Assembly: GCA_965217895.1 (NCBI GenBank)
Contig: CBDCJV010000002.1
Span: forward strand, 2,400,001-2,464,000
Reading direction: 5' to 3'
DNA: 64,000 nt
From: Waterburya sp.
GTDB taxonomy: Bacteria; Cyanobacteriota; Cyanobacteriia; Cyanobacteriales; Xenococcaceae
The stretch's first letter is position 1. Each line of letters opens with the position of its first letter. The translations under genes and the position numbers were made by a program. The notes below the pieces were generated by a model that was not told the origin of the DNA, ran no database searches, and saw nothing but the letters and a program-made list of their open reading frames with translations. Below, one piece after another: positions 27,618 to 38,557 of the stretch.

Positions 27618-29537
27618 TTATTCTAAGATTGTCGCAATCTCTTTTAAATAGACCTGCTCTAGTAATTCTCCTGATTCTAATTCATACTGTTCTAATAAAC
27701 CTCGATGTTTGATACTAATTTGTTGGTCTTGTTTAATAATTACCGTCGAGTCAGTAAAGACATCTCGTGCCAACATGGTTTCTACTTCGTCAGGATCGTC
27801 TAAAACTACCATATTGCTACCATAGTAAAACATTCCTTCTCTATCCAACACTTCTCGATCGTATTCGGCAATTAGCAAATCTAACCGAGGATTGCGTAAC
27901 AGATTGCGCACGTTGGTATTGTAGTTAGAGTTAAGCTGCTTTTCTGAACGGTTAACAATTATTCCTTCACGACACACTGCACCAATTGTCCAATCAGGAT
28001 GAAAAGTTAAAATGCGATCGCTCAATTTCTGTAGCTGTCGTAGGGTAATGCGGTTAAAACTGATAATCGGAATTCGAGCATCTTTCCCCGAATCAAAGAA
28101 GGTTTCCAGGATACGGGAGGTAACGTCTACTGGTTCACCAATGGCGGGGTTGAGGTGCATATAAACCCCTGGTGCAGCATTGATTTCAATGATGCCAAAA
28201 CTGCTTTGTTTCCACGATTGAGCAACATCGGCAGTAATAATATCAATTCCCATACAGGTAAGGCGGAAATGTTGGGCAATATCCTGAGCCAAGATAATAT
28301 TATCAGGATGTACTCTATTAGTGGCATCGATACTAAAGCCACCAGAAGAAAGATTAGCAACCTTGCGTAAATAGACAGTGCGATCGCTTTCAATTACGCT
28401 ATCTAAATTTAGTCCCTGTTCTGCTAAATACAGGTGCATTGACTCATCCATTTGAATTTTACCCATAGGGGAAGTAGGAGTGTCGCTACGTTGGGGAGAA
28501 CGATTCTCTCGTTCGATTAGTTCTCTTACCGAAGATCGACCATTACCAACTACTGAGGCTGGTTGACGTTCAATCGCTGCTACAAAACGACCATTAACAC
28601 ACAGTAAACGATAATCATGACCGGCAATGCTATTTTCGACAATAATTGCTGCTTTTTCCCCTTCAGGTACGGCATCTACCGCTCTTTGGTAGGCAGATTC
28701 CAATTCTACTTCTTCCTGAATATCGGCAGTTACGCCAATGCCTTTGTGTCCCGATACAGGCTTGACAGCTACGGGATAACCTAATTTTTCGGCTGCGTCA
28801 CAGGCTGCTGCTAAAAAGTAAACTATATCTCCTTGGGGTACGGGAAAACCCAACTCAGCCAAAAATCTTTTGCAGTCGTCTTTTTGGGTGGTAAAGTCCG
28901 AATCTAAATGACTATCGGTATCAAAAGTTGTAGCGACTCCTCTAATCTGTTTTTTGCCATAACCATACTGCATCAATCTTTCATCCCAAAGATAAAAACT
29001 GGGAATTTCTTTGGCATTTGCCGATCGCAACAAGGCATATACGGTTGGACCACCATATACTGAATTACGAAATACTTGCTGCAAGCTATCAATTTGGGAG
29101 GCAATTTCAAAGTCTTCGCCTCTAGCGATCGCTTCAAACCAATCCCAGACCGTATAAATTACTTCTCTAGTAGTTCGCAGATGTAGTGATTCTATAGCAA
29201 TTTTTGCCGATCCAGATTCCTGCTGCTGCACATTCCAACCCTGAAGGTGTAAATCCATGTCTAGCTTATTTACCACCGAAGCTGTGTTGGCAAATAACTC
29301 TGCGTGAGAAGCATATTCTCTTTCGGTTAATCGAGGATAGCGATCGCCTAATACAGCTAAATAGTCGGAAATAGGTAAAGGGCGATCGTATTCTGTTAAA
29401 GCTAATTCAAATACTAATGAGGCTCTATTTAAATATTGATTTGGTCCTAAATATTCTTGAACGTTGAATAAATCAAAAACATCGCTATCTCTAGCATTAA
29501 CGCGAACTGGTTGTTCTACTTGGTCAATTAACATCAA
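27618..29537 (-). CDS. cphA2: Cyanophycin synthetase 2 (truncated CphA-type ATP-grasp ligase)
   Basis: YGGPT, QYGYG, VKP..GHKG.GVT, ANLSSGG, EINAAPG; about 640 aa; divergent from cyanophycinase. Confidence 0.85.
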   Translation of the reverse strand: MMLIDQVEQPVRVNARDSDVFDLFNVQEYLGPNQYLNRASLVFELALTEYDRPLPISDYLAVLGDRYPRLTEREYASHAELFANTASVVNKLDMDLHLQGWNVQQQESGSAKIAIESLHLRTTREVIYTVWDWFEAIARGEDFEIASQIDSLQQVFRNSVYGGPTVYALLRSANAKEIPSFYLWDERLMQYGYGKKQIRGVATTFDTDSHLDSDFTTQKDDCKRFLAELGFPVPQGDIVYFLAAACDAAEKLGYPVAVKPVSGHKGIGVTADIQEEVELESAYQRAVDAVPEGEKAAIIVENSIAGHDYRLLCVNGRFVAAIERQPASVVGNGRSSVRELIERENRSPQRSDTPTSPMGKIQMDESMHLYLAEQGLNLDSVIESDRTVYLRKVANLSSGGFSIDATNRVHPDNIILAQDIAQHFRLTCMGIDIITADVAQSWKQSSFGIIEINAAPGVYMHLNPAIGEPVDVTSRILETFFDSGKDARIPIISFNRITLRQLQKLSDRILTFHPDWTIGAVCREGIIVNRSEKQLNSNYNTNVRNLLRNPRLDLLIAEYDREVLDREGMFYYGSNMVVLDDPDEVETMLARDVFTDSTVIIKQDQQISIKHRGLLEQYELESGELLEQVYLKEIATILE

Positions 29538-29832
29538 ACTTCTTTTACGGCAACACCAACCATGATAGTAAAAAATTGGGTTTTCAACGTCTATCTAGAG
29601 ATTTATTTTGTTGATCGCCTATAGCTGACTATCATGGTATTTTTCACTTTAAAATATAGACTAATTAAGTTGAGATTTGGATTAAAAACCATAGGGATCG
29701 AGCCTTATTTGCAAATTATTGCTGCTTATTTATACTGTAAAATATAAAAATCTATCTTTGGCAATAGTATAAGTATTGAGTAAATATGTTTTATTAAAAA
29801 TAATTAATAGTAGATAAGTATTTAATACAGCT

Positions 29833-30681
29833 ATGGTGGCACTCAAATCAAGAAGCAGCGATGACAGCAGTATGGACGCTGTTAAAAAATCTCAAACTGG
29901 ACAGCTAATAATCATTGGTGGCGGGGAAGACAAAGAAGGTGAATGTAAAATATTAAGAGAATTTATCCGCCGTGCAGGAGGCAGAGATGCTCGAATCGCG
30001 GTGATGACTGTAGCGACATCTTTACCTGGGGAAGTAGGCTTAGAATATCGCGATCTATTTGAAAAGTTGGGTGCAGACATAGTAGATATTGTTGATACCG
30101 AACGAAGAGAAGATGCTAGCTATTCGCGAAATTTAGAAATTATTGAAAGTGCTACTGGAGTGTTCTTTACAGGTGGCGATCAGGCTCGGATTACCGAAGT
30201 ACTTAAAGACAGTGAACTTGACGATTTGCTTCATCAAAAGTTTGAGCGCGGTTTAGTTATTGCAGGTACAAGTGCTGGAGCTGCTATGATGCCTGATATT
30301 ATGATCGTCGAAGGCGATGGTGAAACTAATCCCCGTCTTGATAGTGTTACTTTAGAGCCAGGTATGGGCTTTTTACCCCAAGTTGCGATCGATCAGCATT
30401 TTTCCCAAAGAGGTAGACTGGGTAGATTTATTTCTGCTTTGATTCAACAGCCAGCGGTATTGGGTTTTGGTATTGACGAAGATACGGCGATCGCTGTAGA
30501 TGGAGATGAAATCGAAGTTATTGGTGAAGGCGCAGTAACTATAGTTGATGTTGCTAATCTTAGTCATACCAACCTCAAAGAATCTCTAAACGACGAAGCT
30601 TTAGCAATTTGTGGTGCCAAGCTGCATATTTTACCTAATGGTTATCGCTTTAGTCTTAAGCAAAGAGATTGTCTTTGTTAA
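29833..30681 (+). CDS. cphB: Cyanophycinase
   Basis: IIGGGEDK, FFTGGDQ, GTSAGAA, IDQHF.QRGR.GR, GIDEDTA. Confidence 0.92.
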   Translation: MVALKSRSSDDSSMDAVKKSQTGQLIIIGGGEDKEGECKILREFIRRAGGRDARIAVMTVATSLPGEVGLEYRDLFEKLGADIVDIVDTERREDASYSRNLEIIESATGVFFTGGDQARITEVLKDSELDDLLHQKFERGLVIAGTSAGAAMMPDIMIVEGDGETNPRLDSVTLEPGMGFLPQVAIDQHFSQRGRLGRFISALIQQPAVLGFGIDEDTAIAVDGDEIEVIGEGAVTIVDVANLSHTNLKESLNDEALAICGAKLHILPNGYRFSLKQRDCLC

Positions 30682-30805
30682 TAAGCAATAGTTAGGACAG
30701 TTAAAGCAGTAAAGATGTTCAAAAACTTAAGGCTGGGTTAGATTGGTCTGGAGGTATTTCTAAGCGCGATCCGATCGTGGTGCAGTTTCGGCTACAATCT
30801 AGCGA

Positions 30806-30836
30806 GCGATAAGCCTACGGCATGGCTTCGCTACGC
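30806..30836. repeat. SDR5-like short insertion splitting a HIP1 site
   Basis: GCGAT + AAGCCTACGGCATGGCTTCGCTA (23 nt) + CGC. Confidence 0.6.
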
Positions 30837-30881
30837 ATTTTGCTAACGTGTGGTTGCTCCTTATTTTTCATCCCTTAAATC

Positions 30882-32189
30882 ATGATTCCATCAAGACGAT
30901 GTTATGTACTGCTATCAATAGGTGGTGCGAGTGCTGCGCTACTGGATGTTTTAATCAATCGTCAGGTGAGTTTAAATTTTCTGGGGATTTATGATTTTGC
31001 TTTACTAGTGGCAACCATTGCCGATGCATCTGGAGTTAAGTCTAATGCAGTTGAGGTAGTACGGCAGCCAATAGATCGCCTCTCAGTCGGCAGAGATAAC
31101 CCAATTGAGTTACAGATCCAAGCTAATAAAAATAAAGCTACTGTCCTTATCCGCGATGCTTTCCCTCAAGAGTTTACGGTTGACAAAGACATTCTAAAAG
31201 TCAACATACCTGCCAATAGCATTAGTGAACAAACTTATATTATTCATCCTGATAGTCGTGGAGAATACGAGTGGGGCGATATTCATATTCGTCAGTTGGG
31301 CAAGCTTAGTTTAGCTTGGCGAGATTGGAAAATACCAGCCAAACAGAAAGTAACGATTTATCCAGATTTAATTGGCTTAAAGCAGCTTTCAATTCGCTTG
31401 ACCATTGAAAATAGTGGCGCAATGCGTCAGGCGAGAAGACTGGGTAACGGTACAGAATTTGCTGAGTTAAGGGAATATAGTTCGGGGGAAGATATTCGCC
31501 TGATTGACTGGAAAGCTACTGCCCGTCGCGATCGCCCTGTAGTTAGAGTTTTAGAACCAGAACAAGAACAAACCATCTTTACCTTACTAGATCGGGGGCG
31601 TTTGATGACTGCTAGGGTGGAGGGTCTAAAACGATTTGATTGGGGCTTAAATGCCACCTTGTCTCTAGCTTTGGCAGGGTTAAGCCGTGGAGATAAAGTC
31701 GGGGTGGCAGCATTCGATCGCGATATCACAACCTGGATACCACCAGAACGGGGTAATCATCATTTATCAAAACTAGTTGATCGCCTGACACCAATTCAGC
31801 CTGTATTATTAGAACCAGATTATCTTGGTGCAGTAACTAAAGTTATCACCCAACAAACTCGCCGTGCTTTGGTAGTAGTCATCACAGATATAGTTGATGA
31901 GACAGCATCGAGTGAATTACTCAGTGCCATGATGCGACTGTCTCCCCGTTATCTGCCTTTCTGTGTCACTCTCCGCGATCCTGTAATTGATCGGCTTGCT
32001 CACTCCCATACCGACAATACCAAAGATACTTATGCCCGTGCGGTGGCTTTAGATCTGTTAGCACAGCGTCAGCTAGCCTTTGCCAAATTAAGACAGCGAG
32101 GCGTATTAGTTTTAGATGCACCCTGCGATCGCCTTGGCGAAGAATTAGTCGATCGCTATTTGCAGTTAAAAGCCCACAACCTCTTATAG
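30882..32189 (+). CDS. DUF58 domain protein
   Basis: GTEFAELREY..GED.R.IDWKATAR; vWA-like C-terminus. Confidence 0.88.
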   Translation: MIPSRRCYVLLSIGGASAALLDVLINRQVSLNFLGIYDFALLVATIADASGVKSNAVEVVRQPIDRLSVGRDNPIELQIQANKNKATVLIRDAFPQEFTVDKDILKVNIPANSISEQTYIIHPDSRGEYEWGDIHIRQLGKLSLAWRDWKIPAKQKVTIYPDLIGLKQLSIRLTIENSGAMRQARRLGNGTEFAELREYSSGEDIRLIDWKATARRDRPVVRVLEPEQEQTIFTLLDRGRLMTARVEGLKRFDWGLNATLSLALAGLSRGDKVGVAAFDRDITTWIPPERGNHHLSKLVDRLTPIQPVLLEPDYLGAVTKVITQQTRRALVVVITDIVDETASSELLSAMMRLSPRYLPFCVTLRDPVIDRLAHSHTDNTKDTYARAVALDLLAQRQLAFAKLRQRGVLVLDAPCDRLGEELVDRYLQLKAHNLL

Positions 32190-32298
32190 TTTCAATTTTA
32201 TTTTATACTCCATAATATTACGCATTCACTGACGGCAATAATTTAAACTGACGAGTTAAACCACATCCAGTTTGAAACCAGGAGTTTTTAAGTTGACT

Positions 32299-32435
32299 GT
32301 TCGTAAGTAGCAAGTAGCAAGTAGAAATTATATCCTGCTGTTTGACCAACGGTCACAGCAGGCTTCGTCCGTTTAGGGCGGAGTAATCTGTGACTAGCTC
32401 AATCTCCGATTCAAAAACTACGGTTTTCGTTTGAC
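32299..32435 (+). repeat. (AAGTAGC)n-led hairpin repeat related to the 26521-26770 insert
   Basis: GTTCGTAAGTAGCAAGTAGCAAGTAG then CCTGCTG...CAGCAGG and TTCGTCC-GTTTA-GGGCGGA hairpins. Confidence 0.6.
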
Positions 32436-32575
32436 AGACGGGGTTTAACTACTAAGAAAATAACTCCATCAAAACTTGTTGGCTTATAAATAATTGTCAA
32501 CACTTATTACTTTTGAGCGATGAATAAATCGAAGATGCACAGAAAAATTGAGGTGTCGTTTATCAAAAGGAAACA

Positions 32576-33346
32576 ATGAATAAGTACAAACGTTCAGTAG
32601 GTTTATTTTATAGTCGCGATGAAGCAGAAAAAGCATTACGCGCTCTCAAGGACGACGGTTTCGACATGAACCGAGTCAACGTCATTGCTAAAGATGCAGA
32701 CAAGGTAACAGAATCGGCTGGGGTAGATACAGCTTACGATGAAGGTAACAATGCAGCCGAGGGTGCTGGTGCGGGTGCAGCTTCTGGTGCTGTATTAGGC
32801 GGTATCGGTGGTTTATTAGTCGGTTTAGGTACTTTAGCTATTCCTGGCGTTGGTCCAATTATCGTTGCTGGTGAAGCAGCTACAGCTATAGCAACTACTT
32901 TAGCTGGTGCGGGTATTGGTGCAGCAGCGGGAGGAATTATCGGCGGTTTGGTAGGCTTGGGTATTCCTGAAGACAAAGCCAAAATCTATAGCGATCGCGT
33001 TGGTGGCGGAAGTTATTTAGTTATGGTCAATGGTACGGATGATGATATCAGCCGTGCAGAGAGAATCTTGCACGACAGTGGTATTGAAGAGTACGGCGTA
33101 TACGATGCTCATGACATTGATGATGACATATATAATAGAGTCCCTAGTACCAATCGCGTAAATACTAACCAGTCTGTAACTAGTATGGGGGATATAGATC
33201 GCTCTGGAGTAATTGAACCCAATACCACAGGTAAGGTTATGGCTACTCGTACTGAAGTCGGTGAACCGACAACCACTAGCGATCGCAATATTACTACAGA
33301 TAGTGATGCCGATGTGATTGTGGTCGAACCGCGAGACAATGTATAA
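32576..33346 (+). CDS. General stress protein with glycine zipper
   Basis: GLF...EAEKA, GLG.LAIPGVGP, GLVGLGIPE..A..Y. Confidence 0.8.
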   Translation: MNKYKRSVGLFYSRDEAEKALRALKDDGFDMNRVNVIAKDADKVTESAGVDTAYDEGNNAAEGAGAGAASGAVLGGIGGLLVGLGTLAIPGVGPIIVAGEAATAIATTLAGAGIGAAAGGIIGGLVGLGIPEDKAKIYSDRVGGGSYLVMVNGTDDDISRAERILHDSGIEEYGVYDAHDIDDDIYNRVPSTNRVNTNQSVTSMGDIDRSGVIEPNTTGKVMATRTEVGEPTTTSDRNITTDSDADVIVVEPRDNV

Positions 33347-33613
33347 AGTAATTCTCTCGCGTTTCTAACCAATCTATTTCTAGTTAGTCACATTAGCCGA
33401 ACAATCAATACTAATTAGAGACTGATGTTACGCACTAATCAACACGGGCGTGGAACAAGCTCCCGTTTAGGGAGCGTTTCCACCCGTCAATCTGTAAAAC
33501 CGAGGTAATAGGTATTGATGACACGCCCTAAATCGTCTTTGTATCTTTGCTTCAATAATTTGCTAGCTTAATAGCCATATGCAATAGGTTATAAAGCTAG
33601 CAAAGGGGCAAAT

Positions 33614-34396
33614 ATGGAAAGTTTATTGATTTTGGCTGGCGGTGGTGTTGTATCTGGGATTTTAGCTGGATTATTGGGAATAGGCGGAGGATTTTTGATT
33701 GTCTCTTTACTGGTGGCGTTAAATTATCCGCCGATTCAAGCCGTTGCCACAAGTAGCTTGGTAATTATTATGAGTTCTACTGCGGGCAGTTTTACCAACT
33801 GGCGTATGGGCTACTTAGATCTACGTCGAGTATTATATATTGCCATTCCAGCTATTTTATTTGCCCAATTAGGAGTAGAAGTAGCGGTAAAAATACCAAA
33901 CTATATTTTATTAATAATATTTGGCGTATTTTTGCTAACTAATATTTTTCTAATTAAGCTGCGCCAAAATCTGGTTGCGAAGCAAAAAAACTCCTCTAAA
34001 TTATTTAATTTTACCTTAGCCAAGATTTTTACGGGAGGTATTGCTGGTTTCTTAGCTGGTTTATTAGGAGTTGGTGGAGGAACAATTATGGTACCTTTAC
34101 AAATGCTGCTCTTAAATGAAAATATTAAAGTGGCAATTCGGACTAGTTTGGGTGTGATTGTTGCAGCTACAGTTTCTTCTTGTATAAGTTATGCAGCTAA
34201 AGGCAATGTTTTGTTTTTTGAAGGTACAATTCTCGGCATTGGCGGGATGTTAGGTACTCAAATTGGTACAAGGGTCTTGCCAAAGCTATCAGATTCTTTA
34301 GTCAGCAAAATTTTTGTTTTGTTTCTGGCAACTATGGCTATATTTATGTTTTGGAAAGCTTGGAATACCTATCAAAGTATTTCAGTAGAGTTATAA
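33614..34396 (+). CDS. TauE/SafE sulfite exporter family protein
   Basis: Duplicated GLLG(I/V)GGG motifs; AVATS / AIRTSL. Confidence 0.88.
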   Translation: MESLLILAGGGVVSGILAGLLGIGGGFLIVSLLVALNYPPIQAVATSSLVIIMSSTAGSFTNWRMGYLDLRRVLYIAIPAILFAQLGVEVAVKIPNYILLIIFGVFLLTNIFLIKLRQNLVAKQKNSSKLFNFTLAKIFTGGIAGFLAGLLGVGGGTIMVPLQMLLLNENIKVAIRTSLGVIVAATVSSCISYAAKGNVLFFEGTILGIGGMLGTQIGTRVLPKLSDSLVSKIFVLFLATMAIFMFWKAWNTYQSISVEL

Positions 34397-34582
34397 GCAA
34401 CTAAACTATAGATTGAGACGTTAGATTTGATGAAGAGGCATTTCGCGAAACGCCCTTACAAGGGCTATGTATTTTAACTTTTATTTTGAGCAGTCAAAAT
34501 TTTATATTAGTTTAAAAAGTGGCTTTTAATCTTGAGAAGCCTTTATTATATTTGTTGGTAAATTAAATAAGCGTTCTATATT

Positions 34583-34981
34583 TTGATGTCAATTACTATT
34601 AATAAAAGCAATTTAAAAGTCATAGATGAAGAGCTTTCCAAACGTCCTATTGCTCTCGATCCTGGTGGTTATTACGTTATTTATTTAGATCGTGAGGCGG
34701 GGTTAATTTGCGCTAAACACTATACCAATTCAATCAACGAACAAGGATTGGCGGTAGATCCCCAAACAGGAGATGTAATTGCTTGTGGAGGCAAAAAAGT
34801 TGTTGAGCGTCCCGTAGAAAAGCTGTACACAGGTAGAACTGCTAAAGAACTCTGTGTCGAAGTAGTTGAGAAACCCCAACCTTGTCCGATTACCATGCTA
34901 GATCATGCTGCATATTTGGGTAGGGAATTTGTTAGGGCTGAATATGCTTTGGTTAATGGTATCGAGTATATTCAAGATTAG
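34583..34981 (+). CDS. DUF4346 domain protein
   Basis: LDPGGYY, GRTAKEL, DHAAYLGRE, YIQD. Confidence 0.82.
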   Translation: MMSITINKSNLKVIDEELSKRPIALDPGGYYVIYLDREAGLICAKHYTNSINEQGLAVDPQTGDVIACGGKKVVERPVEKLYTGRTAKELCVEVVEKPQPCPITMLDHAAYLGREFVRAEYALVNGIEYIQD

Positions 34982-35100
34982 TACCAACACAGCATACTTA
35001 GTCAGGTGGGCAAGATACTTTTGAGTTTTTTATTGTGTTTTAAGCCAAGTATTGCCCACTCTACTCTTAATTTTGTCAACGACACCTCGTCTACTGAGAG

Positions 35101-35826
35101 TTAATTGCCCAATCCTACATACCAGTAGTAAGTCGCCATCGGAATAACGGTAGCAACAATTAAAAAGCCAATCACCCAAACGGTTGCACTACCCTGATCT
35201 GTATCTTCAGCTTTGGTAAATGTACCTTCGATTTGAACTTCGTCTTCAATAACTGGAGGTCCTGGATCTTCTTGACCAGAAAGAACTGCTGTTAGGCGAT
35301 CGCCTGTATCAATAAAAGCCTGATTGTATTTACTATCTTTGCGAATATTGTAGCCAATAGTATCATCAATAATACTATTAGCCATATCTGCATTGACGAA
35401 TCCTTTAGCAGTCTCTCCAGTACGAATTGCAGCTTTGTTAGTTAAAGTATCCATAACTATTAAAGTTTGATTGGCTTGTGCCTCAGAAGTAGGATACCAA
35501 GCTTCAAATATCTCTTTTGCTAGACTATCTACCGTTTCGCCATAGTCTAAGCGACGAACTGCCACCATTCTTACTTCTTGACCTGTCTTAGTCGCCAATT
35601 CTTGTAAGTCTTTGGTTAATTTGCTTTGATTAGAGTTGCTAATAGCATTAGCCGTGTCAACCACCCAAATTCGATCGGCATCAAAATCGGGTAGATCGAA
35701 TAATCCTGTGGCGATCGCTGGAGTTGCCAAACAGGAAATAAAAATCACAAGTAACAAGGATGAAGCAATTAGGTTTTTTAAGCGTATACCAGCCTGTTTC
35801 AACGCTATTGGGTAGGACTTTATCAT
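35101..35826 (-). CDS. psb32: Photosystem II repair protein Psb32 (TPM domain)
   Basis: RRLDYGET, LSGQEDPGPP, C-terminal ATVIPMATYY. Confidence 0.85.
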   Translation of the reverse strand: MIKSYPIALKQAGIRLKNLIASSLLLVIFISCLATPAIATGLFDLPDFDADRIWVVDTANAISNSNQSKLTKDLQELATKTGQEVRMVAVRRLDYGETVDSLAKEIFEAWYPTSEAQANQTLIVMDTLTNKAAIRTGETAKGFVNADMANSIIDDTIGYNIRKDSKYNQAFIDTGDRLTAVLSGQEDPGPPVIEDEVQIEGTFTKAEDTDQGSATVWVIGFLIVATVIPMATYYWYVGLGN

Positions 35827-36004
35827 GTTTTTCTCAAATAACTACTTATTTTAAGGAATATATCTTAGCTGACAGCAAAAATATCTGTTGAATGTCTATA
35901 TAAATAATAAAGCCCAGAGTTACCTCTAGGCTGTAATAAATTAGTGACTTATGAGCATAAAACTTTAGTCATCCTTAAGTTCTCTACTCTCAATCTCCTG
36001 AAAA

Positions 36005-36490
36005 TCAAAGACCAGGGATTAGATTTCTAAAGTCACCGATATAGGCGGTTGAAAGCAAGAAATAAGCAAAGAATGCTCCGCCAGCACCACCAATAAAGAA
36101 GCCACTACCAAACTCACTCCAGCCTTCTTTGGTAGCGAAAGCAGCAGGAACATTACCTGTAGTAATTGTTTCGGTTGGTTTGCCACCCATAGTACTAGCA
36201 TATAGAGACAAACAAAGAGTCAAGATTGCTACTAAACCAATAGATGATAATAAAGCTCCAATATCGGCACTTTGGGTGTTTCTTAATGGTCCTAAAACTA
36301 GAAATGGACCATAGAGAAAATATCCATGAGCCATACCTACTTCTAAGCCACGGCGAAATGGTGCTAACCCATCGCGGTAGGCGGGTAGATTGCGGATTAA
36401 GGTTTTGCTAAAGTCGGAAGAATTAAGAGGAGTAGCCAAGTTGCCGATTTGTGGATCTCCAGCGGGCTGAATTGCATTGTATTCGTTCAT
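36005..36490 (-). CDS. psaL: Photosystem I subunit XI
   Basis: GNLATP, NLPAYR, RGLEVGMAHGYFLYGPF. Confidence 0.96.
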   Translation of the reverse strand: MNEYNAIQPAGDPQIGNLATPLNSSDFSKTLIRNLPAYRDGLAPFRRGLEVGMAHGYFLYGPFLVLGPLRNTQSADIGALLSSIGLVAILTLCLSLYASTMGGKPTETITTGNVPAAFATKEGWSEFGSGFFIGGAGGAFFAYFLLSTAYIGDFRNLIPGL

Positions 36491-36661
36491 AAAGATTCAA
36501 TTTCTCCTAAATTTTGTATTTGTACGAATCCTTTAAATAGCATCACTCTATCTTGGTTTAAGTTCGCTTTTTGTTAAGAATCTTTATAACTAAACCTATT
36601 GGGGTTAGGCTTGGCAGTAATATCCATGTTGTTAACGTTCTTTAAAATAGGAAAGTAAACT

Positions 36662-36787
36662 ATGATTGGCGATTATGCAGCTTCTTGGTTACCTGTAGCT
36701 ATGGTACCTCTCGTGGGCATTGTAAGCGCAGCAGTTTCTATGGCTCTTCTCTTCATTTATATTGAAGGCGAAACCCAAACAAAATAA
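36662..36787 (+). CDS. psaI: Photosystem I subunit VIII (41 aa; not in ORF track)
   Basis: MIGDYAASWLPVAMVPLVGIVSAAVSMALLFIYIE; divergent from psaL. Confidence 0.92.
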   Translation: MIGDYAASWLPVAMVPLVGIVSAAVSMALLFIYIEGETQTK

Positions 36788-36881
36788 TCCAGCAAAACTA
36801 GTATCTTAAGTAATCTTACTTTTGCTTATCAAAAGTTAATACTCTGCCTCTTGTGGCGGGGTATTTTTTTAGAATCACAGA

Positions 36882-38054
36882 TTATCTGACTGTTATTAGT
36901 AGTAAAGCGATCGCAATTAAAGCAAAGATACTTCCACAGACAAAAGTTGCTTGAGGGCTGATATTTTGCCATAAGCTTCCTGCAATTAAGTTAGCTGGTA
37001 AAAGTGCAATTCCCGTAGCCAAGTTGATTCCGCCAAAAGCCGTACCCCTTAAATTGGCGGGAACTCTATCGGCTACAAAAGCTAATAATACACCCTGACT
37101 CATGCCCTGATGAAGTCCATACAAGCCAAACAACAGCCAAACTTGCCAGGTATGATTGACAAAGGCAAAACCAAGATAGGTCAAGGCATATAATAATATT
37201 CCGTTACTAAATAGACCTATTCGACCAATGCGATCGGATAATAAACCTACAGGATAAGCACTAAGAGAATAGGCTATATTCATAACCACTAAAGTAAGCG
37301 GTATAAGGTTAGCAGCAATACCAATTTGCTCAGCTCGTAATAATAAAAAAGCATCGCTGGAGTTGCCTAGGTTAAACAATAATGCCACTAGCATCAGCAA
37401 CCAATAGTTTTTACCCAAGCTGCTCAATGATGCCCAGTTTAAGGGATTATTTCGCTGTTGAGTAACCGCAGCTTTTGGTTCTTTGATCCCTTTTGCCAAG
37501 AGAGCTACAGCCAAAATTCCAGGTAGGACAGCTAACCAAAACACTAGTCGAAAATTTTGCCCAGATACAGACATTAAGCCAAAAGCAGCTAAAGGACCTA
37601 AAAATGCGCCAATAGTATCGAGGGATTGGCGAAAACCATAAGCAGCACCACGACTAGCTAGATCGGTAGCATCTGCAACTAGAGCATCGCGAGGCGCAAC
37701 CCGAATTCCTTTGCCTAGGCGATCGCCAAAACGAGCAATTAAAACCCAAGTTGGATTAATTGCCATAGCAAATAATGGTTTGACCAGGGTTGATAATCCA
37801 TAACCTGCTATAGCCAGAGTTTTACGCTTTCCTAAATAATCACTTAAAGCACCAGAAAAGACTTTTAGAATAGAAGCTGTGGATTCAGCAATTCCTTCAA
37901 TTGAACCGACAGTAACTAGATTTGCGCCTAAAGAAGAAACTAGAAACAAAGGAAGTACCGAATGAATCATCTCAGTACTTATATCTGTCAATAGACTAAC
38001 GAATCCTAAAACCCAAACATTGTCAGGAATGTTAGGTAAAAGCTTGAATTTCAA
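36882..38054 (-). CDS. MFS transporter
   Basis: VSLLTDISTEM, DRLGKGIR.APRDAL, GNSSDAFL. Confidence 0.88.
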   Translation of the reverse strand: MKFKLLPNIPDNVWVLGFVSLLTDISTEMIHSVLPLFLVSSLGANLVTVGSIEGIAESTASILKVFSGALSDYLGKRKTLAIAGYGLSTLVKPLFAMAINPTWVLIARFGDRLGKGIRVAPRDALVADATDLASRGAAYGFRQSLDTIGAFLGPLAAFGLMSVSGQNFRLVFWLAVLPGILAVALLAKGIKEPKAAVTQQRNNPLNWASLSSLGKNYWLLMLVALLFNLGNSSDAFLLLRAEQIGIAANLIPLTLVVMNIAYSLSAYPVGLLSDRIGRIGLFSNGILLYALTYLGFAFVNHTWQVWLLFGLYGLHQGMSQGVLLAFVADRVPANLRGTAFGGINLATGIALLPANLIAGSLWQNISPQATFVCGSIFALIAIALLLITVR

Positions 38055-38557
38055 AATATCTACTGGTTCAATAATTAGTCCATTCAGTATAAATCTAAAA
38101 TCATTATCTTACGGCGGTTTTAACACGATTAATTTGACATTTCACTTCTATTCAAGTGTTCTCGGTAATTTTCTAGCGAGATGGAAGTAATTAGAAAATA
38201 CATCTGCCCCAAGAAATATTTTTTTTTTTTAGCTCAATAAGCAATAAGAGCTGCATTCAATCATCATTTATCTTTTTAAGCAGTTGAGATAATTCAACCT
38301 AAGATAGATAAAATATTGCGACAAATGTTTGAGTATTAATTAGTAGCAAATACTTTTAAAAAATAGCGGTCAACCGAAAAAAGTAGTTTACAACTGCAAA
38401 TCTTAGATTATCGATCGACCTTCTGATCTTTAAGTTTAAAAAAGAAGCAATACGATATTAGCTAAAAATAAAATTCGTAATCAAGAATCAAAGAGTAAAA
38501 GCGTACTATACGCTAATTGAACAACAGAAACCAAATTAAAAAAATACGGGAATAAGC

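Noticed and set aside
27618..30681. cphA2-cphB pair as a novel system
   Set aside because: Known cyanophycin arrangement
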